This document shows positions 49,541 through 63,067 of a DNA stretch of 64,000 nt, piece by piece. Origin of the DNA: Styela clava (taxonomy: Eukaryota). The notes under the pieces are model-generated. The model saw only the letters and a list, made by a program, of their open reading frames with translations. It did not search any database and was not told the origin of the DNA. The position numbers and the translations under genes are program-made. How positions within the stretch are numbered: position 1 is the stretch's first letter; each line of letters opens with the position of its first letter. The DNA is taken from contig NC_135254.1 in the NCBI RefSeq assembly GCF_964204865.1, forward strand, positions 10,230,001-10,294,000. Direction: 5' to 3'.

Positions 49541-52500
49541 TTAATCCGACTTCTTTTTATCATGATCTTCCATTGTGTTCGTAACCCATGACATCAATGA
49601 TGTTACATCTGTGTAGAAGCCGGGATAAAAATAATTTTTTTGATTGATCTTTGTTTGCTGACCACAACCATAACCCCAACTCACAATACCCACTTGTACA
49701 AAACAGCTTTCTTTTGTAAAATCATCTCGAATCTATAACAAAATAGACTTTCAATAGAATATATATAAATTTGCAACTGTTTATATAGTTAAAACAACAA
49801 AATAATGTTGTCCCATATGGCCATGGAAATACGACATATTCCAAAGCCTCTATTTTGTTTGCTAGTCGAGGGCAATTATAAGAATAACTCATATATATAT
49901 AAGTTATATGTTGTTCTCGAGCTGGAACGTAATCATATCCCCCCCATTAAAACTAAGTTCAATAGGTATCCAATCATAGGCCAAGGTAAAAACAAATATA
50001 TTTATAAAAACAAAACAAAAAAAGTTGAATTTGTAGGCTTTAACAAACCGTTTGTGAGACGTAACAATTATTCTTGCATAGATGCTTTCATGCATGTTAC
50101 CTACTCATATTTCTTCTTCAAGAATATCAGCGGTAGCATCTCAATTTAAAACACGTTTGAGTATGTTACTCCAAACATATACCAACCTCTCGCACTATTG
50201 GTCCACCACTGTCTCCTTTGCATGTGTCGATAATTTTCCCTCCGTTTTCTCCGCCCCCAACTGCACAAAACATCTGGTCTGTGAAAATGTGTTTAAATCC
50301 AGATATATTCTTTCGTCGAGTTATTAGTTTGACCGCTCTCGCGCACCTGTAAAACATAACTTCCGTGTTTCACTTTATTCACGCCATGTAGCCTACGTGG
50401 TACTGAGCAATAACTCCGGGGATGCGGGTAGCGGTGTCATCCCATCTGCAATCAGGGTATGAGAAGTTTTTTTTGTATTTGTCTGTTTAGTCGGTACTTT
50501 GCTATTTTTCGTCCTCATTCAGGTTCTCTTGAATAGGGAAGTCATTTTGCAGGCTGTTAATTGATTGCTTATTTTGAACTACAAATCTTCTGCCATTTTT
50601 CTTCCCCTACTTGGGAGGTAAATTTTATTTCTTTGAGGCAAATCAAATATAAGATAGTTCGGTATCTAAACCTTCAAGAAACTAACTACTAGTGTGAGTG
50701 TGATAATGACTCATGGGGTCTTGTGTTATTAAAACGATATCCAGACTCACTCTTCTCTTTTAGTCACATTTAACAATGCTTGTTGTAATTCTCGTGTTGC
50801 TTTCAAACCAAAACCATAGTCCTCGTCTTTCCTGGTTGCATTATATCCGAATCCAGTAGCAACAACTGCTACCACAGAATCAGAGTTTTTTCCCATTAAA
50901 ACGTCATCTGAGTAGAAATCACGTGTGCAATTTATAACCTTATATGGTTAAGGATGACATTCTTACATTTCAGTTTTTACGACGAGTAGTAAATTTGTGA
51001 TGCGATAATCGAAGTTTGTTGAGCGTATATAGCAGTTATAGCAAATATGCAGTATTTTTCAACTCTTATTATTTAATAAGACAATTTCATGTTTCAATTC
51101 CGAACAGGTCTTTCAAAAGCTTGCACTGATAAACAATCAGCTATTATTTTGTGAAACTGGAATTTTGCGGTTCGGCCTTTTATGCGCCGGTTATTTCAAC
51201 CTGGATGAAGCCCAGGTAATATTCAACCTGCGATGGAAAACAATTAGTATCAAAAGTTCTAACCTAAGAATTAGGTTATTTGCTTGTTGTGCTATACGCA
51301 GGTGTTTCAACCTGATTATAGAATTGGTATATGTAATGTTTTGTCTTTCACGTAACGAGGTGAGGGGTTTCTGATCTTCAACCTGGGTACGCCCCTGACA
51401 ACACGGGATTGCTGTTGTGAAAATATTGTATTCTGCGCAACTAGTTCACCAATCAATTTCGAATGTTCAGTACCTCAAGATAAAAGAAGGCGATTTATAT
51501 TGGTCGATTTTGTATTCTTATTTTTGCGAGGCATTTTACTTATATTTTTGAAAAAATACGACTATGGCTTTTGTATCAGTAGGTCAGGCCAGTCCGAAAT
51601 CTTTAGACAAACCCAGTGTTTAGCTAACGTCTAACAGTACCGATGTGATTTGATGCGCTTATGAGCATTTATTTGTACTTTTGATTTTTGAAACATTTGA
51701 ATAATTAGAATTTGTGTAAATAGTATATGCATGCTGCTATTGTATTATGCATTCTATGTTCATATATTAGACAAATCCTCTCATGTTTATTGAATATTGT
51801 GCCGAATAAACAATTGTTCGAACATAAATGAGCCAGGGAAAACATTTACCTAACGTGCATTAATGACACCTGCATAGAAACTTACATTCAATTTTACACT
51901 TTTCTTCGTCTGTTTCCTCTCCTTTTATTAAAACTTTTCCTCTGCTATCTTTCTTCATCAACACTTGGCTGACACAACTATCCGGACTGCATGGCAGACA
52001 GACAGGTCTTATAAAAGGAGTGAATTCAACATATCCTGGTAAGGAGTCTGGCATTAGCATACGTTTCCCATCTTTTGATAAAACAAATTCTCCACCAAGT
52101 TTAATCTGTTGGAAACAGAAAAGAGTTGATTTTTTACGATGCAACTATCGGAAGGAATAAAATATTTATATGCAATAAAGCAATTTTATGTCTCCTTACC
52201 AGTGCAATGTCGTTTTGATAAGATCCAGGTAAATATTTGCCGTTATAATCTGCATACTTATCATGAATGTAAATCTGTTCTGGTTGAAACATTTTCACCG
52301 AAGCTTCCAAAATGTTGTATCTGTTCGGTCTTCTGGTGATGCCTTGATTTCAGTGAATGAAGTTGTAATGAAGTAAAGATATGATTACAGTTTGGATGAA
52401 AATTTTGAAAAGACGATTCAGCTTCGTAAGTAAAACAGACAAGAGAGCGATGCTAAAATACATAGACACAAATCTCGAGGATCATAAAAATAAATAGCAA

Positions 52501-55500
52501 AATCACAGGTGAAATAAAACCAAAGTCATATTTTTTTAGTTACTTCTACTATTGTCTAGTAATGAAGATTGAAATTGATTTGCTCAGTAGCTTGGAATCT
52601 GAAAAAGGCAATTTTTACAACAAAAATACCTATAAAATCAATTTACCGGAACTATCGGAAGGGCCGCATAGTGTTAAAAACGCACATTATTGCAGTAATT
52701 CTAAGGTAACTTACACAGTCTCAAGGATAGCAAAAGAATCTTACTCGCCATATCCAAAAACGCCACTCGAATTTCAGGAGTATTTAAAAAAATCAAATTT
52801 ACCAAGCGAAACCATAATTCCTTGTTCCCAGTTCAATCCACTGTATGCCTCAAACACATGCGCAGCAGATAAAACCCATTTGCTATTAATTAAACTTCCT
52901 CCTCCCATAACCTGGTCAAATGCCTGGGAAAGTAGAAGATAAATATGATTTTCAGTTGAGATATTGAAATATTCAGCTATCAGAGTATATCATATATAAT
53001 TCTATATTGACACAACATTTTTAATATTAGATCAAATCATAAATGTGCTTTGAAGCATCATTTTATTTCCTGCGGTCAATTAAATTAAAATATCAAAGAA
53101 GATAGAATAAGAACTAGAATTCGGTAAAGTTATATTTATGGATTTTTCAAATATATATAAATATATATGAATATCACAGAAACATGTCTAATTTGAATAT
53201 TACCACCAAATTTTCTTCTTTGTCGAAACAATATAAACGGAAAATTGTTGCCTACAAGTCTGACGTCAAGAGGCATGAATTTATTTCCATGTTTCTTCAA
53301 TAATTTTTATATAAACACAATAACAATACATTCAATTAACCAAACCAAACCATTTAACAAAAAACATTTGTACATACATCCAGGAGAATTTTATTGTAAG
53401 ATGTGATGAGTGCCTGCCAAGGCCATGCACGTTCGGCCGCTCTTTCGCCACCGAGTATTCGTCCTCCCGGGGACAGATTTCTCACACTCCCAACATAGCC
53501 TGCTTGTCCACAACTATTGTAATCTGCCGAATATAATAGCGTATTAATTGCATTATTTTTACTCGATTAGCTTATTTAATCACTTGTCATTTCATACAGT
53601 AGATAGGTGTCGCATGTATCAGTGTCTGAAAAGGTAGGCAACAGTAGTAGAAGACTAAAAAGATAGGTATCACAAGTATCAGTGACTAATTATGGCTGTC
53701 CATTTAATTAATAACTGAGCTTTACTGCTGCGTGTTTAGCACTGTCGTGAATTCAATAGATATTTGTTACAAAAAGAATTTTATTTACAGATGAACGAAG
53801 AAACAATACAATACCCTGTCATTGATGTTAAATACGTACCTATGTGCCCGTTTGCATTAAACGAAGTTGTATTTAAACGAAACTGATGACGTTACTAAAT
53901 ACAATGGGATACAAAAACTTTTTATTACATTATAATAGTACGGTATGTAAATATAAGTGTTCCGAAATAATGCTGTTGGATTGCACAATATATTTTAACC
54001 CAGGCGAATTCTGATGTAGAGGGAAAAACGCAAATTTTATAAAAATGCAATATCGAGAAAGCGTGCATGGAATCAGTTATGCATACAACGTTGATGGATA
54101 CCTAAATCAGTGTTATTCAACTGGGAATACTATATACCAAGTCAGATCCCGGGTACACAAAATACAAATGGTATACGATGGTTTACAGGTATGGCATGGG
54201 TCGAATATACTCTATACTACACTCAGTTTTGTGTTTTTGAAACAGACGCAGTTCGCATTTGTGAAAAAATGACGGAGAAATACACAGAAAATGCTTGGCA
54301 AGGTTATTCGCAAATTACTACGTTATATGTCAAATTAGAGCACATAATATCTTTTGGCCATGTATTTGAACATTGAGGTATTTAATGACTTAACCTAGCA
54401 TTTTTTTTCTACTTTATTTTATTAATTAATCTTTGTAATTTGTAGGGTATACGAAGTAAACAAAAATCTCAAGACAGCTGGCTATACCACGTAATAAAAA
54501 GTTGAAGACTGATCTAAATATCTATATTAACCAATTACAACGCAAAAAGTTATCTGAAACTTTTGAAAAACGAAAAATGAAAAGCGATATAATTGCTATA
54601 AGCATATAAAAGCATATAAAGATAAAAACGTGAAAAAGTTTAGTGATACCAAACATCAGATAAAGGCATATTTTAAACCAAGTAAGCATGAAAAACACTG
54701 CATAACATATAAACAAGTTGGAAAGCAGTAAAATTGTATTTTGACATTTTTTTTGCTTTCTTCCGATTGTTTTGTCCAGGTTTCTTACCCGCCGATTTGC
54801 GGCGGTGGCAGTACAGCGAATTCGACATTACAGGACACTTATTTTTTTCTCTTCATAATTCACCTCTGTTAAAGAAAAGTACTAAACAGTTCCTTTTTTC
54901 TGTTGGCTAAGAGTGCGAGCCATTGATACAATTCCATTTCAAATTTTCTAAAAAAACCGTGTAGTTTGTACATTCCTGTGCCACAAAAAGATTTCTGGAT
55001 ATCCACTTACATGGTGTTTACCAAGTTCCATGAATTGTACTGCGTCATGTTTCTTGCATTCCGTTTGCCCTTTAAGAATAAGATTTGCTCTTTCACTGTC
55101 ATTATTCGTTCATGGTGTTTTATTATTCATTTTAATCATTGGTAGCCTGACTTTGGTTTTGAAGAGGAAAAAATTTGCCTTTTCAGATAATGCGAAATAT
55201 CCAAAGATATTTCATTGCAGTAATTTTTTAATTCATCTTGCTTGATCGCGTATTCAGCCTCAGTATTAGAATTTTTCATTCCAATTATCCGTTTTTCTAT
55301 AGAATTTCTCTGAGCAATAATAACACTTTTGACATTCATTAAATAGTTTGACAAATTTTGTTTGAGATGGTCTGAATCCGATGCCTACCTTTTATTCATT
55401 TACTACTGATACCTACCTTTTTAGTCACTGATACCTTTGATATCTACCTTTTTAGTGACTGAATCTACTACTGATACCCACCTTTTTAGGTATTTACTAC

Positions 55501-58500
55501 AGATACCTACTTACCTACTGTTTTAGTCAATGATACATGTGATACCTATCCTTTTAGTCATCTACTACAGATACCTATTTGGCACCCACCAACAAACACC
55601 TATCATTAGCCAAACTTTATAACTTCATTCACATTATTACTAATTTTATTTTTATCATACCTTCTTCAACGTCTGTAATTTGATTAACGTATTTGTGTAA
55701 TTTATAAAAATCTTCAACATAAATAAAATTTTCGTGCTTCGACGCAATTTGTTGGAGCTCCTCCCTGACTTCTGAACTGCTTTCCTGTGCGGAGGATGTG
55801 ATGCTGTAAAACTAGAAAACATCAAAGTAAAACTAAGAAATAGAACAATCCTACTATTGATACACCATTACATACCTCTGGTGGGTTGTAAGCATATTTT
55901 ATTTCTATTATTTTTCTGGCTTTACTTGGACTTCCTCCTGCATTTTTCGCGCCTGGTAAATAAACAATATTCTTAGCTGTAATAATAAGAGAAAATAATA
56001 TGACCTACATCTCTATTTTAAGTTTACTGATATTTCTAAATAGGTATGTGGTTTCTGTTATATAACTTATATTGGTGTAATACTAAATATAGCTTGACGA
56101 TTATCGCATATTTATTTAAACGAATTGTCGAAATAGTTTTTATGAAAAGTTTTTCCGTTTTTAAGTTTGTTTCTTACTATATTCAGAAAAAATATATAAC
56201 AAAAGCAAAATCACTAATTACAGAAAAATGTTTTTGTATCCACAACAATTTTGCAACTCTCTCTTGTAAAACACATGAAATGATACTGTTATCAACAACC
56301 CATAAATAGAACATATGAATGGTGGCTTATGGAATATGGATGCAATATATTGGAAAAACAGAATTCAAACTATCCTGTTGACAAATATAGATGAGACTTC
56401 AGTTTAATTTAAACTCGTGAACGCCCGGTAAAACCATGTTTCCCTTTCCAAAACATTACCGTCTGTTAAAACAAGGCAGTGTCTCTTAATAATCATATCC
56501 TTATCATTTTCGTATGAAAACGCAATCATTTGTTCGTCAAGTAATTCTATCGCCGATTGGATATCTGTTCCCTGCATAATAGTTTTCTTTATATTTTCTA
56601 AAATAAAATACAAACAAAAATGAAATGAAAAATATGTAATCTGAACAAATGAATTAGGTAAATGTTCTCCATAAGTAACAACAATTTGATTTTTTTGTCA
56701 TAAAAATGTTATACTGTTTCGTCCTTTAATCGAACCAGTCAGCAGGAACGGATTTCGAAGAGATGATGGGGATGATAAACAGCTTGTTTGTTAGAAATAT
56801 AGTCTCAAATGATGGAGATGCCAAAGAAGTACAGCAAAAAAAACACTTTTTATTTTTTCTGTTACTTCATCAAATGTCACCCCCGAAATAAATAATATAT
56901 ATCCTTAGTATATCAGTTATTTATCAATGGTTTATTTTTCGAGATGAAAGTATTGCCTAAGAAGAGATAAATCCGTTGAATTATTTTCATTAAACATTCA
57001 ATGAGTTACATTGAATATCTTGTATCAGCCATACATATAGATATTGTACTGTATCTTACCGCGATCTTTTTCTATCTCATTCAGTAGAGTAATCACCTCT
57101 TCGGCAGTCTTTCTTGGTTCATTATTAATATTTAGTTTAATCATTGGTTTCGTTGCAAATACAATAATCCCATAGTTAACTCGACCAGTTGTGTCGTTTT
57201 GGCTTAACTATAGATAGTGGAAACAAAGTTATTGATCACGAAGTAAAATTTGTTTTGCAAAATGTTTTTTTTGTTGTTGTTTTTGAGAAAGACGCTTTTC
57301 TGCTACTAATGAAAAGGTCAAATTTTTATTAAAAAAATATGGAAGTACTTTTGGGAAAATTATTGCTTTTTTAATTGCATCGAAATCCTACATGGAACAA
57401 GATATTTCAAAAATAGTTTAACCATTTCATTTTAATTCATTGGAATACTCTATATGACGCATGAGAACACTTGCTAACACCGCGTACATATGTCTCCGGG
57501 CACCGCTCTCTTTTTTTATAAATATTTTTGATAATTCAGACAAAAATTTAAAGTAGCCCTAAAGTCACTTACCCTTTTAACGAGACTTTTGGCAAAGCCC
57601 ATGGTGTTTCTCAAGGCACCCGGGCCAACACTCAAAGATAAGTCGATAACAAAATACACTTCTATTCTACCTCGAGAATTTAGTTTGATTGTTCTTCCCG
57701 AGCTAGAAAATTTTTCAGTTTGTCTGATGTTTGATGTGCTTTGAGACAATTTATTGATGACATCTGTTGGCAAATCACTGTACTTTGGATCTAAAAATAT
57801 ATTAATCAAAGTAGTATATTTGTGATTACGGAATTGAAATGTATTTTCTTACCTACGCAATCAGGCGCGCCATCACCACTCCATTCTTTAACAAAGAGAC
57901 ATTTTTGCTTTCTTTCTCCGACTAAAACAAGGCCATCCTGGCATGAAAATTCGACTTTTGCTCCAACAACGAAATCATAATCTCCTGCGAATCCTTTCAT
58001 GTAACCACCAATTGGAATGCCGGGATGTGGACAACGTTCCAGGTTTCCTTTGAAATAAATACTGCGTGATCATTTATCTAAAAAAATCTAATATTCAAAA
58101 ATTTAACATACAAGTAGAGTGAAAATGTTGTTTTCTCACATTTCAAGTCAATAAAAGTTCAGGTAGGTATCATACTTATTCATAGCAAACGTAAACCAAA
58201 ATATACGAAAATAAATATGGCGTTTCTAATCAACGTGCCAACAATTTCCATCGATTAGAACACCCGTCCGTTCAAAATTTCAATCGATTTCAATTTTAAC
58301 ATAGTCTGATTGAATATTTCTGAAATATTACATACTATTACCTATGTTATCACACACTGTGTTGACGCCGCTCCATTTTCCATCTCCCATGCATGTTCGG
58401 ATTTCAGAACCCAACAGTCTTTGATCAGATCCACATGCAAACATCAACGTTGCGTTGTAGTAATATGCAGTAGTGTGTTCATAATTAAGGACGCGTCCAC

Positions 58501-61500
58501 CCATCTTTGATATAGCTGGTACTGGATCTTGACATGTTACACCTATAAACATCTTATTTTTAGTCCCTTTACCAAATCTCCTTATACTGAATTGTCTACT
58601 CACAATATCGCAATGTTATTTCTCGATGTTTAAGATGAATTTATCTTGCTGTGTATATGCAGAATTAAGCAAAGCTGGCGACTCCATATCACAGAAAGTG
58701 CTACGAAAAAATTTAATCTTTCATTTTTGACAAAATTACATACACGATGGAAACGAACAAAACTCACGCTTGCATTGTATCAGTTTTCCTCCCCATTTTC
58801 CACTCCCTGTGCACTTTCTAGAAACATCCCCCGCTGCAGTATATGTTCCCTCGTTACAAATATAATGAGCCACGCGTTCAAATCCTTCCCCGGTGTATTC
58901 GATGAATGAGTTTTCAGCAGGTGGTGCATCACCACATTCTATCTCTGTTGAATAGTTTAAAAAAATACCTTAAACAATTGCCTAAAAGTATATTAGTACC
59001 AATTGACAAGACAAAATTTAAAAATATATTTTGTGATATATTTGGATTCACATAGTACCGCCCGCGTGTAACGCGGTCAAATAATAGAAGCATCTATTAA
59101 AAAATATAACTCACTCAAGTCGACGCATGTTCTTCCACAGGGGTCGTCACACTGGCAAGTTTTCCCTGCAGCACAATCTCCATCTGTTATACAATCTAAA
59201 CCGCACGATAACTCGTATTCTTTGATCTTGTCTTCTTCTTTCATAGGACAAGATCCTGTTTAGTATATAATTTAAATTAGTGCGAGTTGATTTGAATTCA
59301 TGTTCAAATACGTTAAATGAATATTTAAATCAAGAAGATGCACGGTGTGACGCATCGTGCTGAGCGTTAGTAATACGCTTGCACAGCCTGGGAAAATTAC
59401 GTGCGGAAAGATTACTAGACTCTTCGTATTGTTCACGTGACCAATGGATTGGCAATTGGGCGAGAGGCCGTGATTCGTCATATGACTAAGCCGTCTTGCC
59501 GGCTTTCCCAACCATGGGATAAATATCGGAAGCTCATAGTAGCAGAAGCGTTGGAGTTCTATTTTACAAAGTTATCCCAACGCTGTCGCATGGTTGTTTT
59601 CGTGTATTATCAATTTCGTCTTATCGGGGGCAAAGCAAAAATAGACAAATAATTAATTTCAAGTCGATTTCAAAAAAATACTGTATTATGGTATAAATTC
59701 AGGTCAGGAAATTAGTACATCAGATACCTAAGCTTGTTCAAAAACTATATCTCAAAAATATGAACCGACAACAAAGTTCAATGTATTTTTGATCAAATCA
59801 AAATAACAATATCAAATAGGAGCTGCAACAATAATAATAACATGTACCTACTTGTGCATAAAATCTCTTTTGTCCACGTTTTATTTTCCCCTCTCGCTCT
59901 TCCGTGACAAAATCTAACATTACTAGGAACCGCGAGATACCCCGGTTCGCAGGTATGATAAGCCCGGACATCGTATTTATATGGTCCTACTGCATCTTCG
60001 AGCTTGTTTGTGTGGCGACTTCGACGCACATACCGGATATGACGTAGATTTGGAATCATTTCAAGTGGAGGACATGTTCTTACTGAATATAAATATTGAA
60101 CACGAATAGGGATCAAGTTAGTGCAAAGGGAAAGAAAATGGACATTTTTTATTTATGTAATCAAACGTATACAAAACAAATAATTCGAATAATTTTGAAT
60201 TTTGCAAAAAAGTAAACAAGTAGAGTGTTTATATTAAATATAGCATACGACTTAATGGCAGGAAAATAGCTTTGCAAAAGACAAAAATTTCCTTCATATT
60301 CAAATAATTTAAATACGTACAAATGGCAACGCAAGACATTCCACATTCATGATCGCAAACACATTTCTTCTTCTCAATTTTGGAGCAATCTTGTCCTTTT
60401 TTACATTTCTTTTTACAATCTTTATTGATTCTGCATTTTTTTCGACATGCTGGTCTTCCAACAAGTGCCGCTTTTTCCAAGTTAGCTTTACATTTCTTCG
60501 GACCTAATTAGAAGTGAATTTAATATATAATAAATAAATGACACTTCGTGTGACGCTTACGATCTGTTGATTCATTTTATTCGGCCAACAAGGCCAAGCG
60601 AAGAAATTTCTAATTTTTAATGTCCTCAGCATACCATTAAGTTCACGAGATTAACCATCATATACATCAAATGAATAACTGAATGACAATAGAAATTGCT
60701 TCAGGCTAGCGATTTTTCAAACCTAAGTTCAAACTATATGCATTATATTAGCCGGATATTATTATTGCAAAAACTCATTAGCTTTCAGTAGTTGAAAACT
60801 TAAAATTAAAACACACAATTATTAGTTGATAATAGTGGTTCAAATTGAATACCCGTAAATCAAAATTATAAAAAATTAAAGTCTCATTTAAAAAAAAAAA
60901 AATGAAACCCAAGCAAAAATAAACTAAGGTGAAATAGTTGGTTTCAATCGGAGAGTTTGCAAGAAGAAAAGAACTCTTGTTTTGTACCAAACTCGGCAAT
61001 CATACGATTAAATATGTTTCCGTAAAGCCATATAAAATACACATTAAGAGGTACTCCTGAGGTATGCGTACCAAGATGTCGCATAACCTGAACCTTAATC
61101 TGGTACACAACCTGAGTTCAGGTTGTGCGCTATCTTGGTGGGCATACTTCAGGAGGTCCCATTAAGGAATAGACATATTGATTCGATTGTGCTAACAGCC
61201 CGATCATAGTTCTGTTTATCTCATGTAGCCTTTTCAACATGATCCACGTTACTTGTGTAACTATTTGATGATATGAATAAAATATTATTACTTTCTGATT
61301 GATGATCGACATGAACAGGCAGTTTTTATATGTTTTAGTATCTTGCTAATACAATACACCATTCGTTGTAAATCTTACATTTTGCAAATTCATAACTTTC
61401 ATCTTCGTCGTGCAGGCAATCACTATAATCGTCACACATGTAATCCCTGCTGATGCAAACTTGACCACTTTCTTTGTGACAATGAAATTTACCAATGGCT

Positions 61501-63067
61501 GAGCAGTTGGTGCCTTGAAACAATGCAACAATAATCGTTAAATTTGCCGAAGGCTGCATAGTTCATTGCAATATATTTGTAGAACGATAATAAATCACAA
61601 AATCAAAACAATTTCTCTGAATATATCTAGAAACTCGCGATTATACGATCAAATTATCCCGAAGACGTGTTTCAGTATCAAAGAGGATTAGAATCATTAG
61701 AGAACTAATGTACAAGAATAATAATATTTCAATATATCTATTTTGTTATTAAATTAAATATTTTTATAATTGCATGACGTTTTGTAGATATTGCTCCAAT
61801 TCTGTGACTATTTGTGATTTTTATTTTCAGGTCATAAATATAACATTTCTTTTTGGTTTTGCTGATAAGTATTGCGACCTAATATAATCAGATAAAATAA
61901 ATGAATAACAACAAATGAATTAGTTAAACAAAAAACGAGAATATCGGTCAGAGACCAAAGACTTATCGATCGAAAGTTAGGGGATACCCTAAAACAGAAA
62001 TTGCGATTTCGATTCGGAAAATTTTGCAAACCAGAACTGGATTGTTTCGATTAGTTTTCAGCCAATATCAAAAAGGTAGGAAACAATAGCCAACTCCCCA
62101 CGTCGTCGTCGAAATAATACTCGATGAAATACTTTTATGAAGAATTCTGCAATCCGAACTGGATTGTTTCGATCTCGCGGCGTGTCTCACTAGCGTGAAA
62201 ACTTGCGCATCGCACACAAACACACATTCAGCGCGTCTCAAAAATCTCTCGCTTTGTAAAAACGTTCTCTCGATTTGCAAAAATCCAGATCTCTTCATCA
62301 CTAATTAATGAATAACTCGCTAATTATACCACATTCATATAATTCATACCACAATTCATCCAAAATCAACAGGCTTCTGATCCGAGATATGATGAATGCA
62401 CATGCAAAATTTGAAGCAGATTTAACCTCGCGTTCGTGAGGTATCGCGTGCATCTAACAGACAGACAAACAAACAAACAGATAAATACCTATCAACATAC
62501 TTACCGATCTTATAATCGTTAAGTAATGATTGAGGTTCTGTTATTGCTGTCCCATGAAGTTATCGTGTTGTCTATTATCAATAATTTCATGTATATTGTT
62601 ATTAATTTTGAATTTCATCATTTTAATTTACGACTAGTTTTGTAGGTTAACATAATATATCACACAATATGTTTACACATAAACTTACATTCAGCAAACC
62701 ATTCAGTTTCATCCTCTCCATTAGCGCAGTCAAATCTTCCGTCGCATTTCAATTCATTCGGAATACAAGCTCCATCCCAGAAGCATTTAAACTCTGAAAA
62801 TTCACTGCAAATCTGACCTGTAGGTAATGGATAATTTCTGACGAATTTTAACTACAAAAAGGTTCAAACTATTAATATTAAAACCAAACTAAAAAACAAT
62901 TTGCTTTAGATAAAAAGACATGCTGTATTTTTAGGAAAAGAGTTGTTTAATTCTGTCCCTAATTCAACAAGTAAAAGTTTATGATATTGTATGAAATTTC
63001 ACTTACCTTGAACATTTTGTTGGATAAAAAGTATAACAACAAGGATAAGATTATATCCTAATATCAT
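49541..63067 (-). CDS. Bf: Complement factor B/C2-like gene C (signal-LDLa-LDLa-WAP-CCP-WAP-CCP-CCP-CCP-vWA-serine protease, about 1107 aa)
   Basis: Twenty-one minus-strand exons join in frame (3324 nt): 63067-63007 (signal [21 protein letters not shown]), 62817-62689 and 61513-61379 (LDLa), 60503-60321 (WAP-like), 60082-59852 (CCP), 59255-59115 (WAP-like), 58944-58768, 58542-58342, 58047-57853 (CCP), 57790-57573 (SSGR-TI, MIDAS DLSLS), 57207-57060, 56597-56460, 55952-55876, 55811-55661 (vWA), 53523-53378 (GGR-ILGG), 52923-52803 (SAAHV), 52342-52200 (NDIAL), 52105-51886, 50907-50751, 50346-50187 ([10 protein letters not shown]), 49732-49541 (TAA). Confidence 0.92.
53598..55580 (-). mobile_element. 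Mutator (MULE)/foldback-like element relic in a gene C intron
   Basis: Arms built of GATACCTAC/TTTTAGTCA-type repeats lie in inverted orientation (53598-53690 versus 55380-55580). An internal broken minus-strand frame has [18 protein letters not shown] and [14 protein letters not shown], resembling MULE transposase motifs. Confidence 0.6.
59340..59527 (+). mobile_element. Degenerate, internally deleted copy of the same SINE family
   Basis: GCTGAGCGTTAGTAATACGCT matches the SINE head. GAGAGGCCGTGATTCGTCATATG..AAGCCGTCTTGCCGGCTTTCC..GGGATAAATAT matches its 3' body. Confidence 0.65.
61054..61155. mobile_element. 102-bp palindromic mini-MITE
   Basis: CTCCTGAGGTATGCGTACCAAGATGTCGCATAACCTGAAC ... 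GTTCAGGTTGTGCGCTATCTTGGTGGGCATACTTCAGGAG, with ~40-bp imperfect arms. Confidence 0.75.
61934..62526. mobile_element. Helentron/DINE-1-like element (family H2), longer copy
   Basis: Shares its start (GACTTATCGATCGAAAGTTAGGGG) and last ~170 bp (CATCCAAAATCAA.AGGCTTCTGATCCGAG...ACAGACAGAC...CAACATACTTACCGATC) with 34574-34874. Confidence 0.65.

Noticed and set aside
55380-55580. CRISPR-like array or other prokaryotic system
   Set aside because: The repeats are degenerate with no unique spacers and belong to a transposon arm. The window is spliced eukaryotic DNA with no operon-like ORFs.
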